Source: Octopus sinensis (lineage: Eukaryota). Taken from it: a stretch of 64,000 nt of DNA. Positions 24,701-38,315 of the stretch are shown here, piece by piece. Positions within the stretch are counted from its first letter, which is position 1. Each line of letters opens with the position of its first letter. Where the stretch lies: assembly GCF_006345805.1 (NCBI RefSeq), contig NC_043019.1, positions 5,703,360-5,767,359 on the forward strand. The letters are read 5' to 3'. The notes below the pieces were generated by a model. That model ran no database searches and was not told the origin of the DNA. It saw only the letters and a list, made by a program, of their open reading frames with translations. A program made the translations under genes and the position numbers.

Positions 24701-25109
24701 GGGGCAAGCTGGCAGAATAAGAGCATTGGAAAAACTGCTTTAAGGTATCTGTCCTGGCTCTTTGCATTGTGAGTTCAAATCCTGTCAAGATCAACTTATC
24801 CTTTCGTCTTTCAGTGGGTGATAAAATAAAGTGCCTGTCAAGTACTGGGGATGAATGTTATTCACAAAGTACCCCCACCCTAATATCAGCTTGCTTTTTG
24901 CCAGAATTGAAAACAATTATTATCTTTGGGATCAATGAATGACAAGGGGTTTTAAATACAATGTGGACTGGTGCAATGGTTACAGTATTTGTTTTATAAC
25001 ATTTAGTTGAATTAATGTTTTATAATATTTAGTTAAATAACACAAAAATCTGGGTTCAAGTACAACTGGAAGATGGTGGATTATTATATTTATGACACGA
25101 ATTGATTAT

Positions 25110-25340
25110 TAATTAGTAACTATAACCTTTGAACTAATCATCAATAACTGTCTTTACACTAATTATTAATTAACAACAGTCTTTAGCCTAGTTACTAATT
25201 AATCACTGCCTTTAACTCTAATCACCAACCAATGACTGTTTTTAACCGTAATTATTAATTAATAAATATCTTCAATCCTTATTATTAATTAATGACTGTC
25301 TTAACACTAATGATTAATGGCCAACTATGTCCTTAACGTT
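25110..25340. repeat. Degenerate ~30-bp AT-rich minisatellite
   Basis: Recurring attaattaat(g/a)actgtctttaaccctaatt-like units. Confidence 0.65.
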
Positions 25341-25374
25341 AATAACTAATTATTGACTACAATTCCATGGATAG

Positions 25375-26045
25375 GAGCAGACAGGGTTGTTTGGTAAGAA
25401 GCTTGCTTCTCAACCCCATGGTCCCAAGTTCAGTCCCACTGCTTGGCACCCTGAGCAAGTGTCTTCTAGTATAGCCTCAGGTTAACCAAACCCGAAGGAG
25501 TGGATTTGGTAGATGGAAACTGAAAGAAGCCTATCACTATGCAAGGTGGCGAGCTGGCAGAAACGCTAGTACGCCGGGCGAAATGCGTAGCCGTATTTTG
25601 TCTGGTATTACGTTCTGAGTTCAAATTCCGCTGAGGTCGATTTTGCCTTTCATCCTTTTGGGAGTCGATTAAATAAGTACCAGTTACGCACTGGGGTCGA
25701 TATAATCAACTTAATCCGTTTGTCTGTCCGTGTTTGTCCCCCTCTGTGTTTAGCCCCTTGTGTGTAGTAAAAAAATAACTATGTATGTGTGTGTGCATGT
25801 ATATGTGTGTGTGTGTGTGCGTGTATGTGTGTGTTTGCATCTGTGTCTGTTCCCCACCACCACTTGACAACTGGTGTTGATGTGTTTACCCCCCCCCCCC
25901 CATAACTTAGCAGTTTGGCAAACGAGACCAATAAAATAGGCATCAGGCTTAAAAAGAAAATAAGTACTAGGGTTGATTAGTTTGACTAAAATTCCTCAAG
26001 GTGGTGCCCCAGCATGGCCACAGTCAAATGTCTGAAACAAGTAAA
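25375..26045 (+). mobile_element. SINE family A copy with a SINE family B copy inserted at ~25544-25778
   Basis: Both family consensus bodies are readable; actatg is repeated around the insert. Confidence 0.8.
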
Positions 26046-27199
26046 AAACGCAATGTGCTGCTACCTATTCAACAAGGGCAAAATATGATTTAAGAGAGGT
26101 TTTGCTTGTTGTTGTTGTTGTTGTTAATGTTGTTACTATTGTTGTTTGTTGTTATTTAAGGTAACGTTGACAATAATGAAAATATCAGAGTTGTTGTTCT
26201 TGAATGATGATGAAAGTGATTAGATTTCAAAACAAATCGAGAGACATTATTTACCTTGTATTGATTGAGACAGGTGCCAGAGGTAAAAGCTAGCCTCCCT
26301 GGACAAGGTTCATAACCTTGTGGAATGGCTTCATGATAAAGTCATACAAGAGTTGCGTGTTCAAATGGCCCACCAGGTTTGGTCCCTTTTGTGGCAGTGG
26401 TTGAGGTTTCTAAACAAGGGACGTATTCCAGTGTTTCCTCAGTACACCTGGCTGACAGGAGTAAATACCCAGAATGTGTGGGGAAAGTAAAGATATAATA
26501 GTTTAACTTCCTATCCTGAGACGATGTATATCCTGCATCTGTCTTAACACATTGGAAGCCTATATCAGCTGTGGTTGGACCCACAGATCACAGCAGGTGA
26601 TAATTGATTTATATCTCCGTGTTCTTGTTGTTGTTGTTGTTGTGTGGATAATCCTGGATCTGAAGTAGTTTAGATTGTTTGTATAATCTTTGTATATATC
26701 CTCGTTAGCTTAGAACAGTCTTTGAATGGAAGTCCACTTGTTTTGGTCAGTTGTGGGTTGCAAATAACTTTCCTTGACCACCATGGCATTCTTTCACAGT
26801 AAAATCCACTGGTCAGCGTCTGTTCGGACAATGTCCCAGGAACTGACTAATACAGACGAACAGGGTGAGGAGAGGAAGGTGAGGGGGGAGGGAGATAAAG
26901 AGATTTAAATGAACTCAAGAGGACTTGACTGATCAGGCAACAACAAACAGCATACCATGCAACCTACAGACAGACAAGGAACCAATAGACTAACCTAACG
27001 ACCAGCCAACTAAACGAACCACTACTCAGCCAGTCAGCCGCCACCACCACCACCACCACCACCACCACCACCATCACCACCAATACCACTAAAAGGAAGT
27101 AGCTGGGAGGTGTTAACTAAAAAAAAAAAAGCTAACCAAGGCAATCAGACCAACTGACAGTATTTATCTGACAGATGGCAATAATGACAATACAATGTC

Positions 27200-28060
<861 letters not shown>

Positions 28061-28417
28061 AGCAAAACAGTTAGATTCAAATGAATATGGTACTTAACTT
28101 AGATGCACCAGAATTTTTTTATGGTTATTACCCATAAAATTATGTGGGGTGATTATAACCAAAAAATAAGCAACAAGAATGGATCCATTCTTGTTGCTTA
28201 TTTTTGGGTTATCTATATATATATATATATATATACACACATTCCATATATACAATCCTGCGTGGATTGTTTTCAAGTACTTTGGTTTTTCTGGGAGCCC
28301 CTTTTAAAGTAGAAGGAATAGCTAAGATTTTTTGACTGCTATTTCTAAACTTTGGTATGTGGTGAAGCAAATCTTTGCTGAGCCCTAATTATAAAGTATA
28401 CATATAAATATATATAG

Positions 28418-28454
<37 letters not shown>

Positions 28455-28487
28455 ATGGTAACTCCCACCGATTTCAAAGTATGAGTG

Positions 28488-28912
28488 TTTACTCTTTTAC
28501 TCTTTTACTTGTTTCAGTCATTTGACTGTGGCCATGCTGGAGCACTGCCTTTAGTCGGGCAAATCAGCCCCAGGACTTATTCTTTGTAAGCCTAGTATTT
28601 ATTCTATTGGTCTCTTTTGCTGAACCACTAGTTACGGGGACGTAGACACACCAGCATCGGTTGTCAAGTGATGTGGGGGGGGGGGCAAACACAGACACAC
28701 AAACATATACACACACACACATACATATATACATATATACACATATATACGATGGGCTTCTTTCAGTTTCTGTCTACCAAATCCACTCACAAGGCTTTGG
28801 TTGGCCCGAGGCTATAGTAGAAGACACTTGCCCAAGGCTCCATGCAGTGGGACTGAACTCGGAACCATGTGGCTGGTAAGCAAGCTACTTACCACACAGC
28901 TACTCCTACACC
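28488..28912 (-). mobile_element. SINE family A, full-length copy
   Basis: Head, internal microsatellite and (aaagagt)n-type tail all present. Confidence 0.9.
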
Positions 28913-29199
28913 TGAAGAAGTGAATTTTTAAAAAAAGCAAAAAAAGTGAGACAAAGAAAAATCAACTTTAAAAAATTAAAGAACAAAAGAAGCTGCATCT
29001 ACTGGTGATGGATGCTTGGATGTAATTTGAGTCCAGGGAATGGATTTTGCTATGAAGGCACAATGGGGAGGGACATTGGTGGGTTTGATTTTGCCCGGGA
29101 CTGGGTAAATGTGTCTGTTGATTGCATGATATAGTTCTTTTATTGTTCTGTTTCTTCAACTCAAATTGTCTGGATGTATCAGGAAGCATTTTATGCCAT

Positions 29200-29410
29200 G
29201 CAGGTTGATCCAGGCAGATGATGAAAAGAAGTGGGCCCAGCACAGTGCCTTGCGGAACGCCACTACTGACTTTGGCTGGGCTTGATTTTACTCCTTCAAC
29301 TACAATATGTTGAGATCTGTCTGTCAGGAAACACTTGATCCATTTCAGTAACTTTCCAGAGACACCAATGTTGGATAGTTTTTTTCAATAGGATCTTGTG
29401 ATCAACCCAG
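29200..29410 (-). mobile_element. CR1-type reverse transcriptase fragment
   Basis: VDHKILL...LSNIGVSGKLLKWIKCFLTDRSQHIVVEG...SGVPQGTVLGPLLFII. Confidence 0.85.
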
Positions 29411-29454
29411 ATGTCAAATTAAGGTGTAAAAATTTTGGTGATTGCTTCAACTTA

Positions 29455-29845
29455 TCCTTGTATCTAAGAACAGGTTTTCCCTTACTGTGACATCCCTCCA
29501 CTTATTGGTCATACAAAATTATTTTCAGAATGTGCTCATCTTTCATTTGAACAATATGTCCTGCCCATCAGCATTGAATTCTCTCGACTTTTGATGCTGG
29601 GGATCCAACATTTTTCTGAGATTTTGAATCTGGCATCTTATCATGCCATTTTATGTTGCAGATGTTTCATAGGCAACACATGTGAAAGATTTCAAATTTC
29701 TCTCTACGCCTGTTGTAGGAAGTCCATGCTTCTGCCCCACACAAGTGTCTGCTTAAAATACAATTGCTTTCATCATCAAGAGTACTCTTGAAGCTTACTG
29801 TACTTCCAAAATACTTAAATGACCTGACCCATTCGAGTGGCCTGT
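29455..29845 (-). mobile_element. RTE-type LINE ORF fragment
   Basis: VRSFKYFGSTVS...LCGAEAWTSY...EIFHMCCL matches the RTE FKYLGS / LLYGCEAWT / FHMRCLR motifs. Confidence 0.75.
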
Positions 29846-29866
29846 ATGTGTGTATATATATATATA

Positions 29867-30089
29867 TATACATAAATATAAGAGAATTACCATTAAGTGG
29901 TTAACTCTAGTGCTAAAAATAGCTCCTTATTCTGGTATAGCCACCGAAGTTGTTTCCACAAAGAAATAACATTACCTTCAACATAAGGAAAGTGAAATAC
30001 AACGAACTTCGGTGGCTATACCAGAATAAGGAGCTATCTTTAGCACTAGAGTTAACCACTTAATGGTAACTCTCTTATATTTATGTATA
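29867..30089. repeat. Inverted repeat, 85-bp arms, 53-bp spacer
   Basis: Arms 29867-29951 and 30005-30089 are reverse complements with about two mismatches. Confidence 0.9.
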
Positions 30090-30367
30090 AATTTGTATTG
30101 TCTCCCTGGTTTTTTATGTGCTAAGCCACTTGGTGTTAAACTGATGGTATTATTAAATTAATATCTAATTTTTCACCCTCATTTATGAATTTATATATTA
30201 TATATATAAATATATGCACACATACATATATATATGACAGGCTTCTTTCAGTTTCCGTCTACCAAATCCACCCACAAGGCTTTTGTTGGCCCAAGACTAT
30301 AGTAGAAGATATTTGCCGAAGGTTCCATGCAGTGGGACCGAACCTGGAACCATGTATCACTATATAT

Positions 30368-30422
<55 letters not shown>

Positions 30423-30899
30423 TATGTACAGACCTCAGTGAAATCAAGGTTCTTGAAGCATAATACTTAAATACACATCTGGGTCACTCACAGTATTCAC
30501 TCATTATGCCTTTCCCACTAACCCTTCATCTCACTATCATTGATCCCTACATCACGTACCTAAATGAAGTATTCTGCCATTGCAATTAAATGTGAGCTGA
30601 ACTACATATTTCACCCTCATCTTTTTCTGTGACACCAATAATATTTCTTTATCCTTGGAGCCACTCCACTTGATATTCATCTTTTGTTTTTAACATTGTC
30701 CATCTCCATCCACATTTTATAGTGATCACTCTTCTGTTTTAATAAATTATCTCTCCTTCTCCCCCCCCCCCGAATCACTCCCTATCACTATACACCTCAC
30801 ATTCATACCCTGCACCATCTCCATGTCCCCCCACATACTCTTGTAACCTACCCACCCATATGTTATCTCATGTTCTCTTATCCATTCCCTGTCTACTGC

Positions 30900-31330
30900 G
30901 CTCTTACTATTCTGCAGCACTTCACCCACTTTCCGTATTAGTCATCACCTACTCTTCACACCCTTCCTTCCAACTCATATATATCATTGTTTACCCTTCC
31001 ACCCTTGTTTCCTATTCACTGCATCCACAACCAACCCTACCCAATATCTAACTAACCCTTACTCTTCCCATATATTCTTACAACTCAGCCTAGCCACCCT
31101 TCCTGTTCTGTCTCAACTCCCTTCTGATCATGTTATACTTTGAGGACACCCTAATACCTTATCAACACAATTTTTAACTCTCTTCCCAACTCCACCCCAA
31201 TAACTTCCACCAAGTCTTGGATAATCTAAACAGCCCTGTCTCTCCTCCACAGTAAGGAATCTGTTCTACTTCTTTCATACTGAGATCTTTCATCACCTGA
31301 CATAAAGCTGTCTTTTCTAGAAGACCCTAC
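30900..31330 (+). mobile_element. Probable ancient L2-type LINE 3' remnant
   Basis: Decayed frame ...TVRNLFYF.HTEIFHHLT*SCLF*KTL resembles the L2 C-terminal FKxxLKTHLF motif. Confidence 0.35.
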
Positions 31331-31669
31331 TACGTCAAAAGGAATATTAGTCATGTGAAAATACAGAATAACTTCACTAGTGATGGTGCCAGGAAAAAAA
31401 GGCAAGTTCACAAAGTGTACTTTGTGAACTTGCTGACATTGGGAAGGGCATCAAGCCATAGAAATTATGTCAAATTCAAGTTCTTTTAAAGTAAAAATTG
31501 TTTAGAGGTTTTTAGTTTTTTTAAAAATTTAAGGTGCTTTTGTTGTACATTTATCAGACATTGATGTTGTGTGATTGGCCTTCAAGAGGATTCTTCTAAT
31601 TCTGATAAGAATACTTGTTTAAGGGCTTCCAGTTTTTCGAGATTTTGTTGCATATATATATTTCAGAAG

Positions 31670-31800
31670 ACCTATATATACATACATATATATATATACA
31701 CACACACATGCATGTGTGTGTGTATGTGTGTGCTTACATGCATATCTATATCTATATGTCTATGTATGTATGTGCGTATATATATATATATCAACAAAAG

Positions 31801-31842
<42 letters not shown>

Positions 31843-31902
31843 TACATATATATATATATATAATATATATATATATACATATATATATACATACATACAT
31901 AT

Positions 31903-31955
<53 letters not shown>

Positions 31956-32025
31956 TGTATATATATAAATATATACATATATGTATATATATATATATAT
32001 ATACAAATATATACATACACTCACA

Positions 32026-32056
<31 letters not shown>

Positions 32057-32210
32057 TATACATATACATATATACGTCTACCAAATCCACTCACAAGGCT
32101 TTGGTTGGCCCGAGGCTATAGTAGAAGACACTTGCCCAAGGTGCCATGCAGTGGGACTGAATCCAGAACCATGTGGTTTGTAAGCAAGCTACTTACCACA
32201 CAGCCACTCC
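31670..32210 (-). mobile_element. SINE family A 5' half with a greatly expanded internal (TA)/(CA) array
   Basis: Family A head at ~32075-32210 abuts ~400 bp of microsatellite. Confidence 0.7.
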
Positions 32211-32828
32211 TGTGTCTAATATGTGTACAACATGCATACAATCATATATATATATATATATATATATTCGCTAGAGAAAATCTTTTAGTTAAACCAGCAA
32301 GACTAAACACATTTTTATTAAACATACATAAGTAAATATATATACAACTTATACACATACACACACCTGCGCACAGGAACTCGTATAAACTCTGTAATGA
32401 GGAAGCCACATAGCAATATCCACACACAATCCTCTTCACCACCACCACCACCACCACCACCACCACCACCACCACACACAATCCTCTCCACACACAATCA
32501 TCTTCATTTCCCCCTCTTCTGGTTTCAATCTAACCCTCCCCGCCTCCCCCCATTTGACTGATCTACTTCTTGTTGTTTCTTGTATTTTACTGAGTGAACT
32601 TAATTAAAATGACAACATCCCCCCTCACACACACACACACACTTCCACACTCCCCCCCTCCACCACAAGCACCACCTAACAACATTGTGAATAAGTTTAA
32701 AATCAACCTTTTGTTGCCAATATGTGTGTAAGTATATATGTCTATATATACATTATATGTGTGTAAATATATATGTCTATATATACATTATATATTTAAA
32801 AAAAGGAGATGTCGAACACGAGTGGTGA

Positions 32829-33051
32829 TATATAAAAAAGGAAATGAAGAAAATGCTGACAAATAATTGAAGTAATTTAAGTAATTTAATTAGGTGAAAG
32901 TTCTTTTTACCGGTTGCGCATTGTTATGTTTATCAAAATATTTTGATAAGCATAACAAATGCGCAACCGGTAAAAAGAACTTTCACCTAATTAAATTACT
33001 TAAATTACTTCAATTATTTGTCAGCATTTTCTTCATTTCCTTTTTTATATA
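32829..33051. repeat. Spacerless palindrome, ~111-bp arms
   Basis: Centre caaaat|attttg at 32939/32940; one indel and one mismatch. Confidence 0.93.
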
Positions 33052-33200
33052 CATTATATATATATATGTATATATGCACGTATGCGTGTGCATGTGTGTG
33101 TATCTTAGTGTGAGTTAGAAAGTGTATCTGTGTATGTGTGTGTGTAGCTTATAATTTATAAACTAATTATTTTTTATTTAATGATTTCATTCATTCAAAC

Positions 33201-33433
33201 CAGTAATTCTTAAACATTTTTTTTACCTATGGGACCCTTTATAATTCCTATTTCACTCAGGTGGACCCCCATGGCCATTCAATGAGTAAAAAGAAAATCC
33301 TATTATGAAAAAAAATTGTTAAACTAATTTGTGCAATTGTAGAAGTATAATTAATTCATTGCACATAAATTCTGACAACAAAATCTTATGTGGATCCGCC
33401 AAGGGCCATATGGATTGCTGCTGAGAACCACTG
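33201..33433. mobile_element. hAT-like MITE
   Basis: Ends cagtaattcttaaac / gctgagaaccactg; a second decayed copy ends at 46781. Confidence 0.55.
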
Positions 33434-33439
33434 GTTTAA

Positions 33440-33655
33440 CTGGTGAGCATTTGAACTGCCCATGTCAGGCATAAATATTCTGCCCATTTTATGTTCAAAC
33501 TAACCAGATCCAGCCTCTCACACATACCCTACAATGTCATTCTAAAAATAAGCGCATCATTGAAATCTCCAAACTACAAGATAATGCTCAATTAATCCAA
33601 AACAAGGTGAAGAAGTAAGCATTGCATTTGACAGAGGAATCTGAATGCTAAAGAG
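33440..33655. mobile_element. piggyBac-like MITE (decayed)
   Basis: TTAA at 33436-39; right end gaatgctaaagag followed by a TTAA split by the next insertion. Confidence 0.5.
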
Positions 33656-33658
33656 TTA

Positions 33659-34181
33659 CCGTAAATCCTCGAGAATAGTCCGCCCTTGAGTATAATACGC
33701 AGGGGATTTTTAGGGGGATGTACTTCTGAAAAACCTAAACCTTGTGTATAATACACACCCTTTCTCTAACTTAAGTTGTGCGTAATTAAGCCAGCAGCAC
33801 CTAGTCGAACAAACACTTCCGCGCATTTGTAATACAATAATGGTGATGTTCTTAACTGTTATATGGGAATGTAAATATGTTTGCAAATTGTTTTTGTTAC
33901 ATGTTATTCTGTGTTTTTAATACTTTTATTTTAATAAATGTTGCTTAGTGCAAGTTATGGATGATTCTTTTATGACTTCATTGCTTTCAGGCTTAGCTTA
34001 AGGTATTTTCACGCCCGACATCACAAAATGCGTCTGAATAAACATTGCTGGACAGCAAATAGAGACTCAGACATTGCTTAGAAAATATTTTTCATTTTTA
34101 ACCTCGTATATAGTATGCACTTGGGATTTTGACCTTTTAATTTTGGGAAAACAAATGCGTATTATACTTGAGGATTTATGA
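33659..34181. mobile_element. pogo/Tigger-like MITE, 523 bp
   Basis: TIRs ccgtaaatcctcgag...tacgc / gcgtattatacttgaggatttatga with TA on both sides. Confidence 0.75.
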
Positions 34182-34568
34182 TAAGCACATGGCAAGAGCT
34201 ATTGAAGTGACTGAATTAAGCCTTATTATATTACTGGTATTAAAGGAGCCGGAACCCGCGAGGGAGGAATATCTAATTAGACATGAGATGAAGAGGTGAA
34301 AAAACCTAATCTCAAGTGGAGATGACATGTGATGATTGGCAACATGTGGTACTAGAGAACATCTGCCCGCCTGCATGATAGCATGGTGGAACAAATATTG
34401 AAATGGTGCAAATGACGGTGGGGTGGGAGATATAGGTACATTTTGGTCCTCTCACCCCATACACACACATTTATTAAACCGCTGTTCGTTAGACTCTTTT
34501 ATTTCTCTGATACTCTCATTGCCCAACTAACAAAGGATGGAGCTGGGCGTCTCTGTATTCAACCCTCT

Positions 34569-34629
<61 letters not shown>

Positions 34630-34833
34630 AAGGAGATATTGCATTTAATCTGTTTGTACCTAATAAACCCAACCATCACACTTTTTTAGTTGTCATCCAT
34701 CCCTCTCCCTCTTACCACCACCCATTACTCAATTTCTCTCTTCTGCACCAACAGATATGCACCTGCCACCACTTTCTCCATTACTCCCTCTTATTATTCT
34801 CTCTCTCTGTCTCTGTCTCTCTGTCTCTCTCTG

Positions 34834-34888
<55 letters not shown>

Positions 34889-34970
34889 TATATATATTAT
34901 TACACCCTCCTATGCTGTTTCTCTCTTCATACTACCAATCCCTTCACCCACTCATCGCATATCTTCTCTT

Positions 34971-35001
<31 letters not shown>

Positions 35002-36347
35002 ATATCTCTCTCTCTCTCTCCATGTTGAACAGCTGGAGATGCTACAGAGTAGTGGGGAACTCTACAGACTCATGTAATATAAGGCAATCTATTAATGCAA
35101 TTGCCACAATAAAACGCATTTAATTCACTCTTTAAAGTTGATAATAAATGAACAGAGTCAACGTAGGGGTAAAAGCACCAGTCAGTTGGCCGAGGGCACA
35201 ACAAACTCCCAAGTGTTGGTGCCATGGGAAAAGGCCCATCAGTACATTCTATAAAGAGATTATTATTTGGAAGGGCGATCAGACATAGAAACCATACCAC
35301 AAACAGAACACATGAGAAGTGTATCTGAAACCAGTTGAGGGGGAAACAGTAATTTTGAATAAAATCTGATTTGAAATGTAACAACCCATTGAATCCATAA
35401 GAGATGGAAGCGAAATAATAATAATAATGATACTGATGGTAATGGTGATGATGATGGTAATGACAATGACGATGACGAGGATAATGATAATGACGAAGAT
35501 AATGAAAATAGTGATGATGATGATGATGATGATGATATGGTGGTGGTGGTGGTGGTGGTGGTGGTGGTGGTGGTGGTGGTGGTGGTGGTGTGTTCGGGTC
35601 AAATATTTCCAGTTTTCAATTCAAAACCCATCTCATTTTATGAGTCAACAAGTGACTTCTTACACAGCTGCTTGACCTCCTGGAAACAGCAGTCACATCC
35701 CGTCTCAAATTATACTACTCCATTATCAAAGTAGAACATATTAGATGATGCAATTCATGATAATGCAACAAAAATCCGTACTTATGTTCTAGTTGCCACA
35801 CCCACCACTGGGATCGAACCCAAGTCCCACCTGCCCCAACCATATTCTGTCTGCCACCCACCATGTTCCACATACTCAACACATGCTCTCTTCACGCCAT
35901 CCATATTCCATCTCCCTCCCTTTCCATGTTCTGCCCATCACAACATGAAGGCTACTTGTCAACTTTAACAGCCCAACTTGTGGAAGGAATTGAAGAAGTT
36001 ATCCCTAAACTGGAGACTTGGCTCTAATGCTTGCAATTTAAAGGTGTCCAAGGGTCAGGTGGTAGTGCTAAACTGGACAGCAGACTAAAGCTACCACTCA
36101 ATATCGCTGCTCCACTCATGTTCTGGCTCAGAGGACTGCTCAGAGGACCCCACTCAAAGGACCGCAAATTAACAAAACTCTCATCAATATTACAATGCTA
36201 CAGAAGGCAGGGAGCTGGCAGAATTATTAACACACCAGGCAAAATGCTTAGTGGCATTTCATCTGTCTTTATGTTGTGAGTTCAAATTCCGCTGTGGTCG
36301 GCTTTGCCTTTTAAAATAATAATAATAATGAAATTATTGTATACAGT

Positions 36348-36763
36348 GGCGCAGGAGTGGCTGTGTGGTAAGTAGCTTGCTAACCAACCACATGGATCCG
36401 GGTTCAGTCCCACTGCGTGGCATCTTGGGCAAGTGTCTTCTGCTATAGCCCTGGGTCAACCAATGCCTTGTGAGTGGATTTGGTAGACGGAAACTGAAAG
36501 AAGCCTGTCGTATATATGTATATATATATATATATATGTGTGTGTGTCTGTGTTTGTGTGTCTGTGTTTGTCCCTCTAGCATTGCTTGACAACCGATGCT
36601 GGTGTGCTTACGTCCCCGTCACTTAGCGGTTCGGCAAAAGAGCCCGATAGAATAAGTACTGGGCTTACAAAGAATAAGTCCCGGGGTCGATTGCTCGACT
36701 AAAGGCAGTGCTCCAGCATGGCCGCAGTCAAATGACTGAAACAAGTAAAAGAGAGTAAAAGAG
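36348..36763 (+). mobile_element. SINE family A, full-length young copy
   Basis: tRNA-like head (box A tggctgtgtggtaag, box B ggttcagtccc), internal (TA)(TG) array, tail gtaaaagagagtaaaagag. Confidence 0.92.
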
Positions 36764-37411
36764 TGCTCAGGTGCACCACAACTTGTCAAAAGTGCATATA
36801 AAGCATATGCAGTAATGTACAAATGTCTGGGAAGTGAGCAGTGTACGAGTCAGATACATGCTTGCGTGTGTATGGAGGGGAGAAAATCAGGTGTATGTTG
36901 GGGTCGATAAAATAAGGACTAGTTGAATACTGGGGTTGATGTAATCGATTTATCCCCTTCCCCAAAATTGCTGGCCTTGTGCCAAAATTTGAAACTAATT
37001 TTACAATGCTCCAGGGGATGGACTGGCAGAACTGTAAGCAGGCTGGGCAGAATTCTTGGTGGCATTTCGTGTCATCTTTACGTTAAGAATTGTTAGTCAA
37101 ACAAACTGAGCTCAGTTCTTATTTTCTTCTTGAGCCAGGTATTTATTCAATCAGTCTCTTTCACCAAACTGCTAAGTTACAGGGATGCAAACACACCAAC
37201 ACAAGTTGTCCAGTAGTAGGCCGGGGTGGGGTGGGGAGCAAACACTAACACACACACACACATACATACATGATGGGCTTCCTTCAGTTTCTATCTATCA
37301 AATCCACTTACAAGGCTTTGGTTGGCCTGGATCTTTACTAGAAGATGATATTCTGAAGGTGCCATGCAGTGGGAGTGAACCCAGAACCATGTGGTTGGGA
37401 AGCAAGCTTCT

Positions 37412-37612
37412 TATTTCTTTATTGCCCACAAGGGGCTAAACACAGAGGGGACAAACAAGGACAGACAAAGGGATCAAGTTCATTAAATCGACCCCAGTAC
37501 ATGACTGGTACTTAATTTATCGACCCCGAAACGATGAAAGGCAAAGTCGACCTCAGTGGAACTTGAACTCAGAACAGACCGACAGATGAAATACTAACGC
37601 TTCTGCCAGCTT
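37412..37612 (-). mobile_element. SINE family B inserted into a decayed family A copy
   Basis: agcttctt is repeated on both sides. Confidence 0.8.
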
Positions 37613-38315
37613 CTTACCGCACAGCCATGCCTGTGTCTTATATGTTCAACTATTTCAGTTAGAGATGTTTCTCCGCTGAAGCTTTCCTAATGTTCCTCTA
37701 TAGTCTCCCAAATCGGTCTCCATAGCAACTCCCACAAAATATGCACCAAAACCAAAGATGTAGTTGTTATCTCCCAGTCAGTCCTGGCTAAATTTAAACT
37801 TTGGCGAGGGATCTGCAAAACGTGGTTTAGGTATTACAGGTCCTCAGAAGTTTCTAAGAGAGAGACCTTTTGCAGTGGAATTTAGCACAACTGTGCCTCA
37901 GAGTGGCTTTGGCGGAATATCATTTATAATGGGTCAGCACCTCTTTGTTGTTATTCAGGAATGTATTTTAGAGGGGGGTAAGCTAGTTTGATCAATTTCA
38001 TGTCGCGTCTCTACCTAGCCTTCAGTATCTCCTACATAGCATGCACACACACATACACACAAATATATATATATATATTTGTATATATATAAGACTTTCA
38101 GATACCGAGGTCATAAATCTGCCAATAAGATCAAAAACAAGTATTTACAAGTGTCATAGTTTTTTTGTTGTTGGCTGGTGGTGGTGGCAGTGGTGATAAA
38201 ATGTTTTGTACATACATACACGTGCATATATATATATAATATATATAATATATTACACATACACATACATACAGATATATATATATATATATATATATAT
38301 CTAATATATATTATA

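Noticed and set aside
26240-26584. Possible exon or UGA-readthrough frame (CTEETLEY...TLV*LYHEAIPQGY...)
   Set aside because: In-frame stop, no recognisable domain or SECIS seen. More likely decayed repeat or chance.
31226-31411. Minus-strand exon candidate GSSRKDSFMSGDERSQ with a plausible branch point
   Set aside because: The opposite strand reads as a decayed L2-like ORF end and the donor choice is ambiguous. Left unsupported.
35070-35384. 104-aa Cys-containing ORF with a hydrophobic start
   Set aside because: No recognisable family or motif; only its acceptor is noted, as a microexon candidate.
37764-37991. Plus-strand ORF ending at a good gtaagc donor
   Set aside because: No recognisable peptide, no partner exons, and it conflicts with the tentative minus-strand model.
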